Below the pieces are notes generated by a model that made no database searches, was not told where the DNA came from, and worked only from the letters and a program-made list of their open reading frames with translations. From an uncultured Haloferula sp. (GTDB lineage Bacteria; Verrucomicrobiota; Verrucomicrobiia; Verrucomicrobiales; Akkermansiaceae), in NCBI GenBank assembly GCA_965652295.1, contig CBFGTS010000012.1, positions 32,001 through 96,000 on the forward strand: a DNA stretch of 64,000 nucleotides, written 5' to 3'. Positions 38,751 to 47,365 of the stretch are shown here, piece after piece. The translations under genes and the position numbers were made by a program. The first letter of the stretch is position 1. Each line of letters opens with the position of its first letter.

Positions 38751-41700
38751 TCAAGCTCGGGGAGGTAGCGGAGGTTTCCCCGACCGGGGCGGTGCGACCT
38801 TCTGCCAGAAGCCGCCGGCACTGAACTGCTGCCACGCCCATTTCAACCAGCGGATCAGCGAGGCCGCCAGCCACAGCGCCCACGCCAGCATGAGAAGACG
38901 GTACCACCACACCGAAACGGACAGCACATAAGGCTGCGGCAGAGCCTCCCCGCCCCGCGGCTCGAACCACGACAGCGAAGTCCTCGTCGAGCCATTGCCG
39001 CGGATGAACATCTCGGGATGCCCCAGCAGGCCGCGCCGGACGATTTCCAGCACGATGATCAAGGCGATCACCGTCAGGCCGGCCAGCGCGAGCTGCAACA
39101 GGTCGAACTTCGCCCCCGCCAGCCGTCCGGCCATGCGTCCACGCCACGCGAGCAGGAAAAACCAGCCCACCACCAGCAGCGCCGCCCCCAGCTCGATCTG
39201 CGTGAGGCCGATCGAGAGCAGCATCCACTCATAGCGTTTCAAAGGCGATCCCTTCAGCCCGCCCAGAACCCACGCCGCCATCAGCGACACCACCAGCACC
39301 GTCCAGAACCGCACCGCAGGTCCGCGTAGCGGGCCATTCGCCCACAACACCCAACGGCTGTCGGGAACAAGCAAACGCGTCGAAACGTTCGCGGCCTCGA
39401 CCGGCAGTCCGACTTCCCCGCCGGCCGCACGGAAACCGAGATCCCGCTCGCTGCGCCACTCCACCCGCAGCGTCTGCGCACCGGGATGGACGGGCACGAT
39501 CAGGCTTCCCTCCTCCCGCCGCACCGGGATCGCCTGACCGTCCTGCTGCAGGAGGGTGATTTCCGCCGCCGGATCCAGAGATACCAGGAAATCGTCGCCC
39601 AGACTCGCCTCCACCTCCAGCGTCAGCGACGCACTGCTCTGACGCGCGCCCAGCGAGACTTCATGATCCACCCGACGCACCGTCACCGTGTCCCCGCTGA
39701 TTGCCTGCGGGCGGGCAAACAACAACCTGACGCTCTCGCCCGGCCACGGATGCCACACCGGCACCAGCGATTCCTCGCCGCTTTCGAAAACCGGCTCCAG
39801 GCCCACGTAGTCCACGTTCCACACCGGCGAAGTCACCAGATGCCAGCGCTCCACGCGCCGCTCGGACGGAGGGGCCGTCAGCTCGATCGCTTCACCCGGC
39901 GGCAGTTCGCTGCGCCACTCGATCGAATCCTCCCCCGCACCCAGCCGCACCTCCGCCCGCCCGTCGCGGACCTCGACCTGGGCATTCAGCACCTTTTCCC
40001 CCGCCAACAGCGGGACTTGCAGCGAGACCGCTTTACCCGGCGATGACAACCGCCGCACCACCGTGCGCACCTGCCATTGAAGGCCGATCTCCAGGTGACG
40101 CTCCACGCCGACCAACACGTTGAAGTCCTTGCGATCATAGTCCGCCTCGTCCTTCGAGCCCTTGTTCTTGCGGGAGAAAAACACCGGGTTCTCCGGCACC
40201 CCGTTCGGCCCCACCCCGACCACCGACCATCCCGGTGCGTCGATGACCACCTTCCGCGGCTTCAAAGCAAAGCCCCATTCCCACTCGGTCGTTTCCGGCA
40301 GACGACCCTCGACCGTCACCACGTGGACGCCCTCCGGCACCACCAACCACAGGTAACCATCGTCCCGGCGCAGCGCCGGACGGGCATCGCCATCGAGCGT
40401 CACCGCCACCGGCGACCATGCCGGCAGCCTGCCCGGCAGAGGCACCGCCACGCGCGCTGCGGCATGCACCTCGGCGGTCATCGTCAGCCGGTTGCCATCG
40501 AGACGGATCGAAACCTCCGGCAATTCCGCCGCATGCGGAAAGACATCCGGTTTCTCCAACAACCGCTCCCGCAGCTCCGACAGCATCTCAGGCCCCGGGA
40601 TCTGCGCCGCCGCCCTGCCTGTCCACATGACTGCAAAAACCAGCAACGCAGCAACCGCCGCTCCGGGCACGGGAGGCGGTGACTTTCGCGCGGGCGGAAC
40701 ATCGCGCCGCGACCGGATCAGCAGCCCGGCGAGCGCCAACAGCAGGACGACACGCAGAACCGTCAGCACCCGATGCATCGTCAGCGAGATGAAAACCGGC
40801 CGCACCGTTTCCTCCGCCGAGACAGGTCCGTTCCAGCCGAAGGCCACCTCGTTCCAGCTCCACTGCGGCATTGCCGGACCGGTCTGGATCTTCGCCTCCG
40901 CATCGTAGGCGAGATTCGAGGAAATCTTCGCCTTCAGCATCCGCCCCTGACTCTCCTCGAGTTCGTCATAGCTGCGGGACTTCGAGGCAAGTGACACGCC
41001 GAGAGACGAAGGAACCCCGCTCATCGATCGGCCGGGATAAGGTCTTTCTCCATAACTCAGTCCGCTCTCCTCCAACTGCGGATACATCACTCCCTGCACC
41101 TGTCGCGTCACGAAAGGCACCAGCAGGACAATCAGGAATCCGATCAAACCCAGCCGCACTCCGTTCACCCACTGCCTCGGCTTCCCCTCCGGAACCACCT
41201 TCAACAGACCGATCGGAACCAGCAGCAGCAGCCACACATAACGCGGCGCGCCGGGTTCGTGATAAGCCAGACCAAAGGCCAGAAACGCCAGAACCCCGGC
41301 CTTCCAGCCACATAGCCGCGACGCCGCCAGCGTGAAAATCAGCAGCAGGAACAGATCGAGCAAGGTCCACGCCGTGAGCCAATCGCCCTGCGTCCAATCC
41401 GCCCCGAACAGCGCGAACAAGCGCCAGCCCGGCGGCAGATGCACCATCACGTCGACCCCCTCCGCCGGCGTCTGCCAGCCGGTCGCCGAAAGCCGTCCGA
41501 CCTCATCGCTGCGGCCGATCGCCTCCATCGCCAGGTTCCGTGAGCGGATCTCGACACCCGCCGCGCCGTTGGCCGGGTTGGTCGTCACAAGCTGTGCCTC
41601 ATCCCCGACCTTCGCCGCTCCCAGCTCGCGCCCGCCCGCAATGTCGAGCCGCCAGGTCGATTGACCGGTACCGGAGATCAAATCCCGGAACGTCACACCG

Positions 41701-42782
41701 CCCCCGTCGTCGTCGAGCCACAGCGTCCGCTCGATCCTCAGCCCCTCCGGCTTCTGCAAACCCATTCCCCGCATCCGCTCCACCAAGCGGAACGGCTCCT
41801 CGACCGACCACTGATAGACCGGGAGATTCCTCCATCGCTCTGGAAAGGTCGTCTGCGAGACATCGACCATCCGCAATCCCTCCAGCTCCGCGGAGCGAAA
41901 TTCCGGTGCCGCGCGGAAGCCGATCAGTTCCTCCGCCACCAGCGGCGTCACGCCTTCGGCGAAACGAATCTCCTCCACATCCTCAGTGCGGAAGGCATCC
42001 AGTGAGATCCTCCACTTCCCCGCCCTCACCTGCGCTTTCATCCGGCCGCTCTCATCCACCGCCACCGGCAGCGGGGACTGCACGGCAGCCGGTTTCCAGC
42101 CTGCCGGCAACGCATGTCCCAGCTCCTCTTCCCGGCTCCTGCCGGAAACGCTCAGCTCGATCTCCGTCCGCAGCCACAACGGGTTTCCATCCTCGATCAC
42201 CCGCCACACCTGTGCCGCCAGTGCATCCTTGTCCGTGGCCGCCGTCCGCACGCGCTTCAGCCAGAGATCACCCGACTCATCCCAGTTCGGGATTTCCACC
42301 GCACGGCCGTCCACCACCAGTGAGAGCACGCCGATTTCCTGCGGCACCCGCAGCACCTGCGGCATCTCGCCTTGCCATGAAAACGAACCCGCCAGCCGGT
42401 GGACGCCCTTGTCGAGTCGCACCGCCGGATGTCCGTCGCGCTCGACCACCACCACGGCCCCCTCGCCGGACCGCACTTCGCCCGGCCACGTCTTCGCGCC
42501 ACCCGGCAGCGGCACCCAGCTCTCGCTGAATACCGTTACCTCCATCTCGAATCCACTCCCACGGGAATCGGCGGAAATCGAGAGCACTCCGGGCCAGAAG
42601 CAGAGAGCCTTGGAAGCATCGTCCGCCGGAGTGGGACACTCACGGTGCTCCACGTCCCACGTCGCCCAGTCCTGCCAATCCCGCAGCGCATCCGGGATCT
42701 GGCGCTGTGCGAACGCGGACGCCATGAGGAACCAAACCGGCACAACGGCCAGGCCACGGATCAAAGAAGCAAAATGTCTCAT
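38751..42782 (-). CDS. Large hypothetical membrane protein with two homologous extracytoplasmic+TM halves
   Basis: Signal peptide (..ASAFAQ), two beta-rich soluble regions each followed by a TM bundle; start 42782 or 42812. Confidence 0.75.
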   Translation of the reverse strand: MRHFASLIRGLAVVPVWFLMASAFAQRQIPDALRDWQDWATWDVEHRECPTPADDASKALCFWPGVLSISADSRGSGFEMEVTVFSESWVPLPGGAKTWPGEVRSGEGAVVVVERDGHPAVRLDKGVHRLAGSFSWQGEMPQVLRVPQEIGVLSLVVDGRAVEIPNWDESGDLWLKRVRTAATDKDALAAQVWRVIEDGNPLWLRTEIELSVSGRSREEELGHALPAGWKPAAVQSPLPVAVDESGRMKAQVRAGKWRISLDAFRTEDVEEIRFAEGVTPLVAEELIGFRAAPEFRSAELEGLRMVDVSQTTFPERWRNLPVYQWSVEEPFRLVERMRGMGLQKPEGLRIERTLWLDDDGGGVTFRDLISGTGQSTWRLDIAGGRELGAAKVGDEAQLVTTNPANGAAGVEIRSRNLAMEAIGRSDEVGRLSATGWQTPAEGVDVMVHLPPGWRLFALFGADWTQGDWLTAWTLLDLFLLLIFTLAASRLCGWKAGVLAFLAFGLAYHEPGAPRYVWLLLLVPIGLLKVVPEGKPRQWVNGVRLGLIGFLIVLLVPFVTRQVQGVMYPQLEESGLSYGERPYPGRSMSGVPSSLGVSLASKSRSYDELEESQGRMLKAKISSNLAYDAEAKIQTGPAMPQWSWNEVAFGWNGPVSAEETVRPVFISLTMHRVLTVLRVVLLLALAGLLIRSRRDVPPARKSPPPVPGAAVAALLVFAVMWTGRAAAQIPGPEMLSELRERLLEKPDVFPHAAELPEVSIRLDGNRLTMTAEVHAAARVAVPLPGRLPAWSPVAVTLDGDARPALRRDDGYLWLVVPEGVHVVTVEGRLPETTEWEWGFALKPRKVVIDAPGWSVVGVGPNGVPENPVFFSRKNKGSKDEADYDRKDFNVLVGVERHLEIGLQWQVRTVVRRLSSPGKAVSLQVPLLAGEKVLNAQVEVRDGRAEVRLGAGEDSIEWRSELPPGEAIELTAPPSERRVERWHLVTSPVWNVDYVGLEPVFESGEESLVPVWHPWPGESVRLLFARPQAISGDTVTVRRVDHEVSLGARQSSASLTLEVEASLGDDFLVSLDPAAEITLLQQDGQAIPVRREEGSLIVPVHPGAQTLRVEWRSERDLGFRAAGGEVGLPVEAANVSTRLLVPDSRWVLWANGPLRGPAVRFWTVLVVSLMAAWVLGGLKGSPLKRYEWMLLSIGLTQIELGAALLVVGWFFLLAWRGRMAGRLAGAKFDLLQLALAGLTVIALIIVLEIVRRGLLGHPEMFIRGNGSTRTSLSWFEPRGGEALPQPYVLSVSVWWYRLLMLAWALWLAASLIRWLKWAWQQFSAGGFWQKVAPPRSGKPPLPPRA

Positions 42783-42854
42783 GAGAGAACGGGTACACCG
42801 GCCGATTCTCATGAACCTGGACAGAGCGCGAAGAACTGTCGATCCCCCGTCCTG

Positions 42855-43436
42855 TCACTCCGCCAACTCGATCTCCTTCTCCGCGTCGCCCCCGTCCGTG
42901 AGCTGCTGCCAATCCACGTTTCCATGATCCAGCCGCTGGAGTTCGCTCGCATAGACCGCATCGTCATTCCGTGGGTCCAACGCCGCCGCCAACTCGATGA
43001 ACGCCCGCGCCAGAAGCAGGTTCTCCGCCCCACCCTGCTGCTTGAGCAGCCCGGCCCGGGTGGACAGCAGCTTCGCCAGCACCTCGGAGCTGTAGGAGCT
43101 TTCCACCGGAGTCGGCACCATCCCGCGGGAAAGCTGGTAGTTCGCCACCAGGGCGCGGCGGTTGCGTGGCGCGAGCTGCATCGAGAGCGCCAGAAACCGG
43201 CGGCCCTCGCTCAATGACTCGGCCGAGGCCTTGCCGCGGGCAATCAGATTGACGGCATACACGGCCAGGTTTTCCGCATATTCCTCCCGCTCGCGATCGA
43301 GCATCCCAAGCGCGTCGCTGAACTCGCCGGCACCGATCTGCGGCGGCTTCCAGTGGAACTTCGATACCTCGTCCCCGCGGCCCGCCACCGCCAACAGCAG
43401 CAGCGCCGCCAGCACGATTTGCCCTGACTTGAACAC
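42855..43436 (-). CDS. Hypothetical exported helical protein
   Basis: Signal peptide and TPR-like helices; GTG start 6 nt after TAGGTT. Confidence 0.65.
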   Translation of the reverse strand: MFKSGQIVLAALLLLAVAGRGDEVSKFHWKPPQIGAGEFSDALGMLDREREEYAENLAVYAVNLIARGKASAESLSEGRRFLALSMQLAPRNRRALVANYQLSRGMVPTPVESSYSSEVLAKLLSTRAGLLKQQGGAENLLLARAFIELAAALDPRNDDAVYASELQRLDHGNVDWQQLTDGGDAEKEIELAE

Positions 43437-43461
43437 GGCGGCAACCTATTCCCGGGGAGCG

Positions 43462-44013
43462 ATGCCGATGCAAGCGACAACTCCCGGCCCTGATGCCGAC
43501 AAGACCCAGTGGCGAGCCTGGTTGCGCCGTCAGTTCGATCCCTCACCCGCCGAAACCTCCCTGCTGCTCGCCGATGCCCTGCGACGGGAACTCTCTCCGC
43601 TGCCGCCCGGTCGCGTCGCCCTCTTCTGCGCCCTCCACGACGAGCCCGATCTCATTGCCGTCCTCTCCCACGGCCCGCACCGCTGGTTCATGCCACGCGT
43701 CGAGTCGCAGGAGCTGCATTTCTACGAAATCACCTCGCCGGACGACCTCGCCACCGGCTCCTTCGGCATTCGAGAGCCCCGCCCCGATCTCCCGGTGATC
43801 GATCCCGCCGAACTCGACGTCATCGTCTGCCCCGGTCTCGGCTTCGGTCGCGATGGCACCCGCCTCGGCCGCGGCCGCGGCTACTACGACCGGGCGCTCG
43901 CCAGCGCCTGCAATGCCCGCCTCATCGGCACCGCCTTCCCGTGCCGAATCGTCGATACGCTTCCGGTCGAATCCCACGACATCCGCATGCACCACGTGCT
44001 CGGACTGCGCTAA
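43462..44013 (+). CDS. 5-formyltetrahydrofolate cyclo-ligase
   Basis: DK..WRAWLR, DEPDL, FGIREP, VCPGLGF..DG.RLGRGRGYYDR, ESHDI. Confidence 0.92.
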   Translation: MPMQATTPGPDADKTQWRAWLRRQFDPSPAETSLLLADALRRELSPLPPGRVALFCALHDEPDLIAVLSHGPHRWFMPRVESQELHFYEITSPDDLATGSFGIREPRPDLPVIDPAELDVIVCPGLGFGRDGTRLGRGRGYYDRALASACNARLIGTAFPCRIVDTLPVESHDIRMHHVLGLR

Positions 44014-44020
44014 CTCCGGC

Positions 44021-44395
44021 TCACTGCACCCAGCTCGGCAGCTCAAGCTCGAAGCGCGGGATCCGCGCGAACACCACCTCGCCTTTTGCCGTGCGACCGA
44101 AGAACGCTCCTTCGGCCACCGCGTTCTCCGCCGTCACATGGTAGCTGTTGTAGGAAAAATGCTGACCCGGAGCGAGTTGCGGCGTCTGACCGACGACTCC
44201 GTCTCCTTCCACCACCACCGTCTCCTCGCCCTCGCGAACCACCCACTTGCGGCCCACGATGGTCACCTCCTCGCCGGACTCGTTGTGGATGGATATGAAA
44301 TACACGAACGGATGCGGCTTGTTGGCAGGGGCGTCGAGCGACGGCATGTAAACGACGTCATCCACCTTGACCCGCAGCTTTTTGAGTTCCCGCAT
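44021..44395 (-). CDS. apaG: ApaG domain protein
   Basis: FVYFISIHN, GRKWVV, VEGDGVVGQTP.L.PG..FSYNS, IPRFEL. Confidence 0.88.
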   Translation of the reverse strand: MRELKKLRVKVDDVVYMPSLDAPANKPHPFVYFISIHNESGEEVTIVGRKWVVREGEETVVVEGDGVVGQTPQLAPGQHFSYNSYHVTAENAVAEGAFFGRTAKGEVVFARIPRFELELPSWVQ

Positions 44396-44452
44396 CGTCC
44401 GACAATCTAGAAGCATTCCTTCGCCCTTTGCCAACTCCGATTTCCTCGAAAG

Positions 44453-45247
44453 ATGTCCCGTCTCCCCGTCACCCTGACCATCGCCGGCTCGGACAGCTCC
44501 GCCGGTGCCGGCCTGCAGGCCGATCTGAAGACCTTCCAGCACTTCCGCACCTTCGGTCTCACCGTCGCCACCTGCATCGTCGCTGAAACCCCGCGGGAGG
44601 TGCGATCCGTGCACATTCTCCCGATTGACACGATCCGCGACCAGCTCGCGATCCTGCTGGAAACCTTCCCGGTCGCGGCGGTGAAAACCGGCATACTCCC
44701 CAACGCCGACGCCGTCCGGCTCGTCGCCGAAATGCTGGCGGATCATCCGGCGATCCCGCTCGTCGTCGACCCTGTCATGATCGCCTCCACCGGCGACGCC
44801 CTCGTTTCCCCCGAAGCCATCGCGGCCTATCGCGAGACCCTTTTCCCCCGCTGCACCCTGCTCACCCCCAATCTCGATGAAGCCGCCCACCTCGTCGGTC
44901 GCCCGCTGCCGGACCGCCCCGCGATGGAAGCCGCCGCCGCCGAACTCGCCGGCCAGCTCGGAGGAGCCGTGCTTTTGAAAGGCGGTCACCTCGTCGGCCC
45001 GGACTGCGCCGACCTTCTCCACGGACCTCGTCTCCACCAGTGGTTCACCGCCCCGCGCATCGCCACCGAGGCCGGCCACGGCACCGGCTGCACCTTCTCC
45101 GCTGCCATCACCGCCTGCCTCGCCCTCGGGCTCGATCTCCCCAGCTCCGTCGCCGCCGCCAAGGACTACCTCGGCCGCACCCTCGCCGAAGCCGTGACTC
45201 CCGGTGGCCTCCCGATGCTCAATCAGGGAACCACCTTTGAGCGCTGA
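44453..45247 (+). CDS. thiD: Hydroxymethylpyrimidine/phosphomethylpyrimidine kinase
   Basis: LTIAGSDSSAGAGLQADLKTF, VDPVM, LTPNLDEA, LKGGH, HGTGCTFSAA. Confidence 0.95.
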   Translation: MSRLPVTLTIAGSDSSAGAGLQADLKTFQHFRTFGLTVATCIVAETPREVRSVHILPIDTIRDQLAILLETFPVAAVKTGILPNADAVRLVAEMLADHPAIPLVVDPVMIASTGDALVSPEAIAAYRETLFPRCTLLTPNLDEAAHLVGRPLPDRPAMEAAAAELAGQLGGAVLLKGGHLVGPDCADLLHGPRLHQWFTAPRIATEAGHGTGCTFSAAITACLALGLDLPSSVAAAKDYLGRTLAEAVTPGGLPMLNQGTTFER

Positions 45248-45267
45248 AAAGAGTCAACTACCACGCC

Positions 45268-45306
45268 ATGAAATGTCGGCGGAACAGGGCTTCCACCGAC
45301 TTTCAT
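45268..45306. terminator. Hairpin between convergent genes (probable bidirectional terminator)
   Basis: ATGAAATGTCGGCGGAA...TTCCACCGACTTTCAT imperfect inverted repeat. Confidence 0.55.
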
Positions 45307-45328
45307 TCGTGGATTCGAGACTTCCGGG

Positions 45329-45820
45329 TCATTCCTCGACGTCGAAGCGGACGGTGGGAATCCGAAGAGAATCAATGACCTGATATTCTTCATCGACCAC
45401 CACTACGTTTCCGCCGGCGATGTAGTACCGGTAACCCTCGTGCTCCGGAAAAACCGAGACGAGTTGCCGGGGCGCCTTCACCAACATCGGCCGGTACTCC
45501 TCGGTGATAACGGTGCCGGGCTCGATCACTTGGTTGCGCCAGGTTGCCGGAATCCGGTCCACCTCGATCTGCTGGACGACTTCGACAGGCAAGCCATAGC
45601 TTTCCTCGGCGTACGGCTCGAAGTAGGTGACCACACTCTGCCGCACTTCAGGCGTGAAGGTGCGGGTGGTTTCGGTCACGGTCCCATCGCCGTGGTCCGT
45701 GACGGTGGTTTCGGTGACGGTTCCGTCGGCGTGTTGCTCGACCGTTTTTTCAGTCGTCTGGCTGTAAGCCACGACCACGGTCGCGAGGACCGCCAAGGGA
45801 GTCATGTGGGATGTTTTCAT
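45329..45820 (-). CDS. Exported protein with DGTVTETT repeat and RcnB/DUF1236-like C-terminus
   Basis: Signal peptide; HADGTVTETT/HGDGTVTETT duplication; YRYYIAGGNVVVVD. Confidence 0.6.
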   Translation of the reverse strand: MKTSHMTPLAVLATVVVAYSQTTEKTVEQHADGTVTETTVTDHGDGTVTETTRTFTPEVRQSVVTYFEPYAEESYGLPVEVVQQIEVDRIPATWRNQVIEPGTVITEEYRPMLVKAPRQLVSVFPEHEGYRYYIAGGNVVVVDEEYQVIDSLRIPTVRFDVEE

Positions 45821-46087
45821 GGGTTCATCGGGTTCGGTTGTTGGAAGGGGGAGAGGGTGCCTCCGCAACCGCCATGCCGCTCATCGAAAACCACATAAAC
45901 AACTGATGATCAAAGATTTTTGAAACACTCGAAAGATCCCCCTCCGCCAGTCCGCCATGCACCCTGCCCCTGAATCGTGCAAATCCCGTGACACGGCGGT
46001 CGTCGCCGGTAGCGCGAGCTCTGGAGATGAAGAATTTCCGCGCCCGGCATCATCCGCACGGTTCGCGGAGTGGCGGGAAATCGCGCC

Positions 46088-46115
46088 TTGCCATGCATCT
46101 TCCAGTCTCTAGCCT
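46088..46115 (+). promoter_or_regulatory. Sigma70-type promoter of the RRM gene leader
   Basis: TTGCCA-16-TAGCCT, same -10 as the tRNA-Val promoter. Confidence 0.55.
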
Positions 46116-46121
46116 CACCGC

Positions 46122-46331
46122 GCGGCGAGTCCGGCCAGATGGCCCGACAGCCCATCCATGTGCGGTCACGGGGAAACCCGTCCGCCGGGTCCTTCGAAGC
46201 CCGTCCTTCCCGCAACGCCACGGACGGAACCTTCCCGGCACCACAAAGCCGGTGGACTTCGGTGGACCATAACCGGCCCGAACGCCTGACGCCCCGCCGG
46301 GGCCGAGGCCAGCCAACTCCCGGACGACCGC
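46122..46331 (+). ncRNA. Candidate structured 5' leader / cis-regulatory RNA
   Basis: Ends pair (GCGG-CGA-GTCCGG with CCGGAC-GA-CCGC), enclosing several hairpins including a GAAA tetraloop. Confidence 0.5.
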
Positions 46332-46350
46332 CCCAACAAACAAGCAAAAC

Positions 46351-47250
46351 ATGTCCAATACCACATCCGATGCCCGCGGCAACGGCCAACAGAAGCGCCG
46401 TCGCTCCCGCGGAGGAAGAAACCGCAATCGCAACCGTCAAGGCCAAGGCCAGGGCAATTCCAACCAAGGCAACCGCCAGCCTCATGGCGGCGACCTCCAG
46501 CCCCGCCGCAGCGGCGGCCGCACCCGCGCCGCGAAACCCAAGCCGCTGACCTGGTGGCAGAAGCTGCTCAAGGCCATCGGCCTCTACAAGGAACCCGCGC
46601 CGAAGCGCCGAAGCGAAACCGGCCAGCCGGTGAAACACAACACCCGCGTCGCCAAAACCGGCGGCGAAACCCCGCGGGATCGCGATCGTGACCAAGATCG
46701 GGATCGTGGCCGCGGCCGTGATCGGGATCGTGACCGCGACAACCCCGACAAGCGCCGCGAACGCGCCGAGGCCCGCGCCAAGGACGTCGATTCCCGCCGC
46801 CTCTACCTCGGAAATCTTTCCTACGAAGCCGGCGAAAGCGACCTCGAGGAACTGTTCCGTGGCGTCGGCTCGGTCCGCCGCGTCGAGATCGTCTACAACC
46901 GCCGCACCCACCGCTCGAAGGGCTACGGGTTCATTGAAATGCTCGACACCGACGAGGCCAAGAAGGCCGTGGAAGTCCTCCACGACCAGTTCTTCATGGG
47001 CCGCAAGCTGGTCGTCAGCGCCGCCAAGTCCGACGGCCCCGCCGACACCGACGACCGCGAACAGGACGACGACACCGAACCGGCCGCCGCCAAGGCAGCT
47101 CCGGCACCCGCCCCGGTTGCGACCGAAGCTCCAGTGACCGAAGAAGCTCCGACAATCGAGGAGACTCCGGCGAGCGAGGAGACTCGGGTTGCCGAAGAAG
47201 CCCCTGCCGCCGAGGAGCCCGAGGAGAAAAAGGACGCCCCCCAAGGCTAA
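46351..47250 (+). CDS. RRM (RNP-1) RNA-binding protein with disordered Arg-rich, RD-repeat and acidic regions
   Basis: RNP2 LYLGNL, RNP1 KGYGFIEM, GRKLVV. Confidence 0.9.
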   Translation: MSNTTSDARGNGQQKRRRSRGGRNRNRNRQGQGQGNSNQGNRQPHGGDLQPRRSGGRTRAAKPKPLTWWQKLLKAIGLYKEPAPKRRSETGQPVKHNTRVAKTGGETPRDRDRDQDRDRGRGRDRDRDRDNPDKRRERAEARAKDVDSRRLYLGNLSYEAGESDLEELFRGVGSVRRVEIVYNRRTHRSKGYGFIEMLDTDEAKKAVEVLHDQFFMGRKLVVSAAKSDGPADTDDREQDDDTEPAAAKAAPAPAPVATEAPVTEEAPTIEETPASEETRVAEEAPAAEEPEEKKDAPQG

Positions 47251-47293
47251 CCGGAAGGCAAGGCACTCGCCGCGCCAACAAAACTTCATCCCC

Positions 47294-47333
47294 CACCCCG
47301 CCGGGCCCGCCCCGCGCGGGGTGTTTTCGTTTT
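47294..47333 (+). terminator. Rho-independent terminator after the RRM gene
   Basis: CACCCCG...CGGGGTG stem followed by TTTTCGTTTT. Confidence 0.75.
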
Positions 47334-47365
47334 CAATTCGAACCCACCCCACCACACTTCCTTCC

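Noticed and set aside
43437..43461. 6S RNA upstream of 5-formyl-THF cyclo-ligase (common ssrS-ygfA synteny)
   Set aside because: Only ~25 nt separate it from the divergent gene; no space for 6S RNA.
45960..46340. RNase P, SRP or tmRNA gene in the long intergenic region
   Set aside because: No GAGGAAAGTCC/ACAGAA.CCGGC, no GGAAG.AGCAG SRP loop and no tRNA-like ends; kept only as an unknown leader candidate.
46671..46740. GATCGC/GATCGT hexamer repeats as a CRISPR-like or DNA-level repeat
   Set aside because: They encode the RD dipeptide tract. No repeat-spacer array or cas genes were seen anywhere in the window.
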